Part shown: in pieces, positions 56,500-64,000 of the stretch
Layout: each line of letters starts with the position of its first letter
Position numbering within the stretch: position 1 is the first letter of the stretch
Program-made: the position numbers and the translations under genes
Notes under the pieces: model-generated
Seen by the model: the letters and a program-made list of their open reading frames with translations, nothing else
Databases searched by the model: none
What the model was told of the DNA's origin: nothing
Source: the human T2T-CHM13v2.0 reference genome, Homo sapiens
Assembly: GCF_009914755.1 (NCBI RefSeq)
Contig: NC_060937.1
DNA: 64,000 nt
Strand: one strand, 5' to 3'

Positions 56500-58350
56500 T
56501 GGCCCCACAGGATCTTCTCAAGCCATTTTCTGGAGCACAAAAATAGGGCCCCACTCCGAGGAGCGCTGCGTGAGCCTGGGGCACTGTGGCCCTGACGCCT
56601 GTCCTGCACGGTTCCCACCCAGCGCGGCCTGGCAGGGAGAGGGCTATAACGGTGCATCCCTCCAGATGGGCATTTTAAAAATACACACAGGAAAACCACA
56701 TCATCCATTGTCCCGTTTTAGCTTTCGCTCAAGGGAAAGTAGTATTTTCAAATCATTTCAACGAAAAGCATCAATTTTAAGGTCAGATAAAATATCTTCC
56801 TTTAGATTTAAGAATGTTCCATCCTATCTGACAGCCTGCTGCCAGGCCATGCTTCCACTTGTACAAGGCCACGGGTGATTTTAACCACTCTGCTTGCAGG
56901 CGGGGCCTGTGTGAGTGTCCGTGCTCAGCTCTTCGGGGCTCTGCTAAGAAAACTGTTCTGGTGGAGACTTCTCATGGCCATGTGACGTGACGTGCTGAGA
57001 AGATCAACAAGGGACATTCAGTTACTGAAATCTTAGGGAAAATTCTATATAGTGCTATGAATATTTATGCCAGAGGAAATGAGAACCTGCACAGATTTTA
57101 TGTGGCAAATGCTCACAAAAATAGTGTCTAGTCCTCTAGCTGTGTTATATGGTTCTGAACCAGCGTTTTCACAAAACAGAGGAACTCACAGTTTCCACAC
57201 ATTGAAAGGGAAAGGTTCCATCAGAGATGAATCAATGCCTCATTGTCCTGTAATTGTCTTATAATGAAACACTGTAAGAATGTAGACATCCTTAGTATGT
57301 CCTCACTAGCTGCTAATTTCAGACAATTTGATTTCCAAAACATCTGTGGAAGACAAAATGTGAGATTTTTCCTCATCATTAATATAATACATTTCTTTGT
57401 AGCTAAGTTGAAAGAAAAAGCATAAAAAGAATTTTAAAATGACTCACAATCCCATATCCAACAGCTAACACTATTGTTAACACTATTGACACATGGGTGT
57501 ATTCCTTTCCAGCTTTAAAAATAATCTGTGCACATTTGTACATTTTTGATTACACAGAAATATCATTTTTTTAAAAGCTGTTTTCAAGACAAACTAATAT
57601 CACAATAATAGTCAAGTACTGAATGTTAAGAAAAAATCAATAAAATTCTGTCGAACTCTAAGTCACATTTTCGATATCTTCTTCTTGCCTTAGTGGGCTG
57701 CTCGGAAGTGGGAGCTGGGGAAAGAGCCTCCTTTGCATTGGCTATGGCAGCATAAATGCGCTTCGCCCGCACAGATCGGGTTCCCGTCACCTGCCTCAGC
57801 TTAATTATTAATAGACTCCTGTCTCACCCTCAAAGGTATCCCAATTGAGACAATAAATTATATGGTCACCCTCTGTAAAAGGCAGGCTGCTTTTAATGCC
57901 TCCACACACTTTTCATGGGAAATTAAGTGTTCACCTGGGTATTGAATCTGCTTATCCAGGGAAAAATCTTTTTCTCCTGTAGAGGGTTTTGTTGGTGGTC
58001 TCTTACCCAGACTGTCACTTATAATTGTCTCTCCCTAGAGCAAAAGAACCATTTAGTCAACTTTGCTTTATTCAGGGGCGGGGGGGTCGGGTATGAGGGT
58101 TAGGGGAAGAAAGCCCCACCGTAATCCAGAAGAGTTCTTTTGAGGAGACGGGGTGGGAAGGGGGAGGTGGAATGAATAATGTTGAAGTGTGTACACTGAG
58201 AAATGGATGGATTGGGTTGCTTGCACCGGAGAGGTCATTTTTCAATGCTGCCGAGTGCGTTCAGTCCATCAGCTCATCTCTTAACTTTGTCTCCACTTTA
58301 AATTTTTTATGGATCAACCCAAGGGTAATGAACCAGAAAATCCTACGGCT
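56500..58350. promoter_or_regulatory. Candidate cis-regulatory region (enhancer or weak promoter)
   Basis: No recognisable repeat; local CpG clusters (56555-56655, 57700-57790); tandem TGACGT, TAATTA/CAATAAA homeodomain-type motifs, GC box ggggcgggg. Confidence 0.45.
58075..58106 (+). other. Canonical G-quadruplex motif
   Basis: GGGG-c-GGGGGGG-tc-GGG-tatga-GGG-tta-GGGG. Confidence 0.7.
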
Positions 58351-58723
58351 ATTGTGTTTTTGTTATGAATTCCTGTTCCTAGGAGTTTGCAACTCAGGTG
58401 CAAAAAATAGTTGTTCTGACTTGAAACGACTTGAAAATTGAGGTAGGAGGTTCAAACATGGGGGCAAATATTTTCTTACAGGCTGCCTGATTAATAGCTA
58501 GGATAGGAAAGTGTCAGGAAATGTGATATTTAGATGTTTCGAATTCTAATAAAAATGAAATTTGGAGAGAAGTAAGGGAGATGTGCTGACTATCAGCCAT
58601 CAGCTTCACTGTTGGTTTCTGTTTCGATATGGACTTTAATTTGATTCATAAATTTATTTTTATACTTCTCTGGTTGTTTCTTTGTTCCACAAGTGTCTTT
58701 TTCCTCTGGAAAGAGTTTCATGA

Positions 58724-59036
<313 letters not shown>

Positions 59037-59399
59037 GGTGCTAATACCTTCATAAGTACCCGAAGCATAATGGGTTCTTACATGTCTATTGAATTCTCAA
59101 GCCTTAGCTGAGACTCTTTATGGAACTGGTACATAAGCATAGTCCCCATTGTCTGGTATTAATAGCCTTAACTTCACCATTTCTGTCCATTCTTTCTCTT
59201 TCTCTCTGCTTTTTTTCAGATCTCAAGTGTCCATATTGAATTAATCATAATCAATGGCTAATGACACACACAATCACACTATAATCCTGGGTCCATGTAT
59301 AGCCCTGTTTTACTCATTTACTTTCATTTATTCATTCATTTAATAATATATCAAATTCCTGTGAACCACTTCCTCATCAAAGACCTGCCCATTCACGTA

Positions 59400-60510
59400 A
59401 ATGCTCTTCCCCAACCCATCACAAATTGGCCTAAATAATATGTTGTCTACATTTACATGTTTCAGGGAATTACTCTGAACGTCTCTTCTGATATTTTCTT
59501 TTTGACCAAATGTGACTTTACAGAGATGCATCTGTGCTGTTGCATGAGCTGCCATTCTTTAATTTTCACTGCTCATGACATTCCATTGTATGTGTCTTAA
59601 TTTCTGTGAACAGGCATTTGGGTTATTTCCAGGTTTTGGTAGTTAAGGTAATTAAGGAAATGGTTTCTATGAGCATTCTTGGAATGTCTCTTGATAGACA
59701 CATATCTGGGTGTTCTGCTAGGCATGGAATTCCTGGCTCATAGAGTGTGCTAATGTTCAGTTTCACAAAATAGTGCCAAAATGTTTTCCATGTGGTTGTA
59801 CAATTTGTACTCTCTCTAGTGATGTATGAAAATGTCCACCGATCCACATCCTTTCCAACATTTGGTATTGTCAGACTTCTTAGTCTTCAACAGCTAAAGG
59901 GGTTTAAGATGGCACTTTATTTGATCTTGATTTGCACTTCCTTAATTAATGCCTTTGAATGTCTTCTCATGTTTGTTACCATTAGTGTTTCCTCTTATGC
60001 AAAATACCTGTTCTTGATTTTTGTTCAATTTTCTCTTGTGTAGTTTGTCTTTTCTCTTATTCCTTCGAAAATGTGTTTCTGTTGTGTGTGTGTCATTGTT
60101 TTTTGCATATTCTTGATACTAACCCTTTGTCACTTTTATGTGTTCCAAATATCTTCCCCCAGTTTGTAGCTTGTCTTTCGCCTTATGTAAGATGTCTTTT
60201 GATGAACAGATTTTTTAAAAAATCAGTATAATCAAATGAATAATTCTTTTTTGTTATGTTTGGCACTTTTGGTGTTATGTTTAAGAAATATTTCCCTACC
60301 CTGAGGTCATAAAGCTGTTCCCTTACATTTTATTCTAAAAGTTTTAAAGTTTTACTTTTGACATTTAAGTTCTTAATCCATCTGGATTTCATTTTTGTGT
60401 ATGGTTAAAAGTAGGAAATCCATTTTCATTTTTTTCCAAATGAATAACTGATTTTTCCAGCTCCATTTGTCGAACTATATTTTTCCCTTTATCAGTGTCA
60501 TAGTAGCTCC
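59400..60510 (-). mobile_element. Old L1M fragment
   Basis: catttgggttatttccagg; tggttgtacaatttgtactc; gatttgcacttcc; tttaagttcttaatccatctgga. Confidence 0.7.
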
Positions 60511-61450
60511 ACAGAAAATTCAGGAAGAACTCCCAAGAGTTTCTTCTCTCTAATGTTAAAAGATAATAGTAAATAAAAATCATCACTTTGAATCAGTACG
60601 TATGAGGTAGCACATCAGAAAATTTTATCCGTTTAATCACAAAAAATATATTGATTAGGTATGCTATTTATCTACATTTTATAGAGAAGCCAAAGGCGGC
60701 TACAAAATGTTAAATGGACATTTATAATAAAGGTAAGTATTTCCCGAGGTCCTGCAGCTGACTGGGGCAGAGTAAGGATTCTAGCACAGGCCCAACAGTT
60801 CATGCTTTCACCATGTTGATAGAAAGGGAATTAAATAGAGCCAGCAGTTTTCTTGCTGTTTGTCCACCTTTGAAAGTAAAAAGGAGGGATTGTCCCACTA
60901 GTAAATAAGTAGATTGAATTGCCCTTTGGCAACTGACTTTCCCTTCTTTTTCACAAAGCCCATAAATTGACACTATCCATTTCTCTCTTCGCTACCACAT
61001 GGTGTACATTCTTCCAGTGTACCATGTTCAATGGAAGAATTCTTTTTTCCTAGAATAAGAAGGAAGTATTCCAACTAGGATATGCAAGCACTGAGCCAAG
61101 GCTGTGGAGCCTTGTCTAGAATGGGTGCTGCCCTCTCTCTTCCCAGGGAGCACTGCTTGGTCATGACGCTGGATGATCAGCATTTGTGTAAATGAGCGAT
61201 TTTCTCATCACTTGTTTAATACTGCAACAATCTCCTCCTCAAACATGCTCTGTGACATATAAGTAATTTTGTAAGGAGATAGCCTTTATTTTAGAAAATT
61301 GTTTCAAATTTTTTGCAACTTTAAAGAAGATACTCAAAATCAGTGTTGATGTGGAGCAATGGGAAACACAGACTTATAATCAATTTGCTGCAGGTTAGAA
61401 TCCCACCCTTCTCCTTACTAGCTACATACCTTTGGACAAGAAATCTAAAT

Positions 61451-61773
61451 TAGGGGTGGCCACACTTTTTCAGTAAAGGTCTAATAATAAATACTTTATG
61501 CTTTGTAGACTACACAGTGTCTGTCACAGGTACTCAACCCTGCTGTGGTAGCATGAAGACAGACACATTAGAAAGATACATTTAACAACGAATTTGCTAT
61601 GTTCCAACAGAAATTTATTTATAGATACTGAAATTTGAATTTTATTTAGTGTATCATAAAGTATTATTAAAATTTTTCCTAGTCATCTAAATGTAAACAC
61701 TTTCATTTCTTGGACTACAAAATACAGGCATCAGGCCAGATTTGGCTCTAAGGCAGTAGGTTGCTGAATCCTG
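61451..61773. mobile_element. MER58-like hAT element, probably splitting a MIR
   Basis: aggggtggccacactttttcagtaaagg start; ggccagatttggc...gttgctgaatcctg end; MIR-like flanks (ttggacaag / tctcatctgtaaaat). Confidence 0.75.
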
Positions 61774-62029
61774 ATCTAAACTGTCTTCAGTGGTCTCATC
61801 TGTAAAATTCATATTACAAGAGTTGTCTCTTGGCATTAAGTTGTGGATGGTGTGAAATCAGTGAGCTCCTTCATTTCACCAAGTACTAGCCCCAAAGTAG
61901 AAACTCAATAATTTTTTTTAAATTTAAAAGTTATAAATTATTATTGCAATTATTAATTGCAATAAAAGGCTTTATTAATTGTAATAAATAGCTTTTATTA
62001 TTAACTGAAAAAATTGATATTTGATAAAT

Positions 62030-63120
62030 ATTCATTGTCTCTGAGGGTCTGGTACTGCTCTAAGTGCTGGGGATGCAGTAATCACCATGACACACAAAGT
62101 TCTTGTCTTTCTAATGCTGACCTTCTAGTGGAAGGAGAAAGATGTTAATACAATAAAAAGGTAGGATTTATGGCACGTCAGGTTGTCATAAATACGAGGA
62201 AAAATAATCAGGGAAGGAGTATAAAGAGAATATTTAGTCTGTGGTTTTAGACTTTGGAGTCATCAACACATACATGGAATGTCAAGCTATCAGATTTTGA
62301 GATCATCAAGAGAGTGAGTGTAGATCATGAAGTGAGAGAGGTCTTCATTTTGAACTATTATTTAGCTGTCAGGGAGATCAGGAGGAAACACCCAAAGAGA
62401 CTGAGAAGGAGGACGATCAGGAGAGCATACTCTTCTGATTGCCAGGTGTTAACAAAGGCTGGGGACAAGAGGAGGGAGATATCACCAAATCAAAACTCTT
62501 CCTTGGTCCAGCAAGACGCAGCCTGAGCTGGGATTTAAGGATTCAGTAACACGGAAGTCACTGGTCCCCTTCACAACTTAGGTGGTGGTGGGTGAGGGAG
62601 TATCATAGAGCCTGACTTGTTCCCGAGAAAACAAGAAGAAACAAGCAATTGGAAGGCAGTAGAGACATCACATTTAAGGATTTTCCCCGTTAAGCAAAGA
62701 TGAAAATGCACCAATAACTGGCAATGGAAGGGTAGGTTCAGATGAGGCAGTGTTGAGAGCTTTGCTTATTTTAAATTACTTTTTTTAAAATAAAAGAAAT
62801 AACAACTTGTTGGTATGCCAATGGGAAAGATTCAACAGAGAAAAAAAATAAATGATGCAACAGAGGGACCAGCAAATCACTGGAGACCAAGACCACAATG
62901 GTTCAAAACCACTATGGAGATGAAGGAGTTGGGCCTCGCTGGAAGCACCAGGAATCATCCATAGAAACAGCAGAGCAGCCGAGGAAACAGACAGAGCCAG
63001 GTGGGTGTGTATACTGGTAGGAGCCTGTAGGAGACCTCTCCTGGCTCTTTCTATTTTCTTAGTGAAATAGGGCTGCAGCTGAGAGTGATAATGAGTGTCT
63101 GAAGTTGGAGGGCAAGAGAA
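62030..63120. mobile_element. L2 fragments
   Basis: ctgctctaagtgctggggatgcag...ttctagtgg; ttggagtcatcaaca; tgagatcatcaagagagtgagtgtag. Confidence 0.6.
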
Positions 63121-63859
63121 GATCTAAATAATCATATATGATTAGTGTTTAATGATTGTTGGGCATTATTTACAGCAAAGTTTCTTAGGTGGGGTACATG
63201 GATTTAATAGTGTGTAGATGGCCTTTAGACTATCCATAGATTCCCTGCAAAATGTATAGGTGGATATTCTCCAAATATGCATTTCTCTGGAAAGGAGTTC
63301 ATAGCTCTGCTCAAATTATCTAATGGGTTTATGACCCAGACAAAATTTTGTAAAAGAAAAAAATATATATACATATATATATTTACAATCAACCTACTGA
63401 TGAAAGATTGCAGCCAGAACCAAGAATCAGAAATACTTCTATACTTCTGCTCGATGCCTGGCTGTTGTGATGGGAAAGCTGACAATCACCTTGCCTTGGA
63501 TGCTGGTTTCCTTATGTGGAGCAAGAAAAGTAATTATGGCTGAAGCCCAAGTGCTATGGTCCAGCTATGGAATCATATTCAAAGGGAGTCGTCAGAAGGA
63601 GACAGTGCCCTAGGTTGCTATCAAGAGGAGACAACTCCAACATGGGCCATAGAAATTTAGGTCCAAGTGAAAAGTCTGAAGGATCAGCTGAAAGCCACAA
63701 GCTTAGCTCTGCTGCTCCCTGCCAAACCCCATCCCTCCATTATCCCTGGCCCTCTAACCTCCGCTTGCCTTTGAGAATGATTTGCAATGGTGAAACCATA
63801 TTCAAACCACAGATATTCAGGACAATTTAATTTCCTCAAAGTTATAGAATCTATTTATT

Positions 63860-64000
63860 ATTTTTTAATTTTTATTTGTTTATTTTTTTGAGACGGACTC
63901 TCCCTCTGTAGCCCAGGCTAGAGTGCAGTGGCGCAATCTCGACTCACTGCAACCTCTGCCTCCTGGGTCCCACTTTAAGCAATTCTCCTGCCTCAGCCTC
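63860..64000 (-). mobile_element. Alu cut off by the window end
   Basis: T-rich tail then tgagacggactctccctctgtagcccaggctagagtgcagtggcg. Confidence 0.92.

Overview
Human genomic DNA (an Alu carrying all five AluYa5 diagnostic bases sits at 40.7-41.0 kb). The window is AT-rich, intronic or intergenic, and dominated by interspersed repeats: about 11 Alus, two 5'-inverted L1PA insertions, several old L1M blocks, MaLR LTRs (THE1/MST/MLT1), hAT MERs and L2/MIR/CR1 remnants. I recognise no host protein-coding exon; the long ORFs are L1 ORF2, MaLR or Alu remnants. The most striking signals are DNA template-switch scars. (1) A near-perfect 116-bp-arm palindrome at 9091-9329 lies inside an old L1M 3' end, and its 7-nt 'loop' is the inverted form of the bases missing from the forward copy. 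(2) A 119-bp, 96.6%-identical copy of a nearby ancient MLT1 segment is pasted directly behind the tail of an inverted L1PA7-like insertion (54181-54299). (3) Several smaller palindrome or duplication scars occur elsewhere. A repeat-free, locally CpG-rich, motif-dense block at about 56.5-58.3 kb looks regulatory. Subfamily names come from remembered consensus motifs, not from a RepeatMasker run, and boundaries of old elements are approximate.
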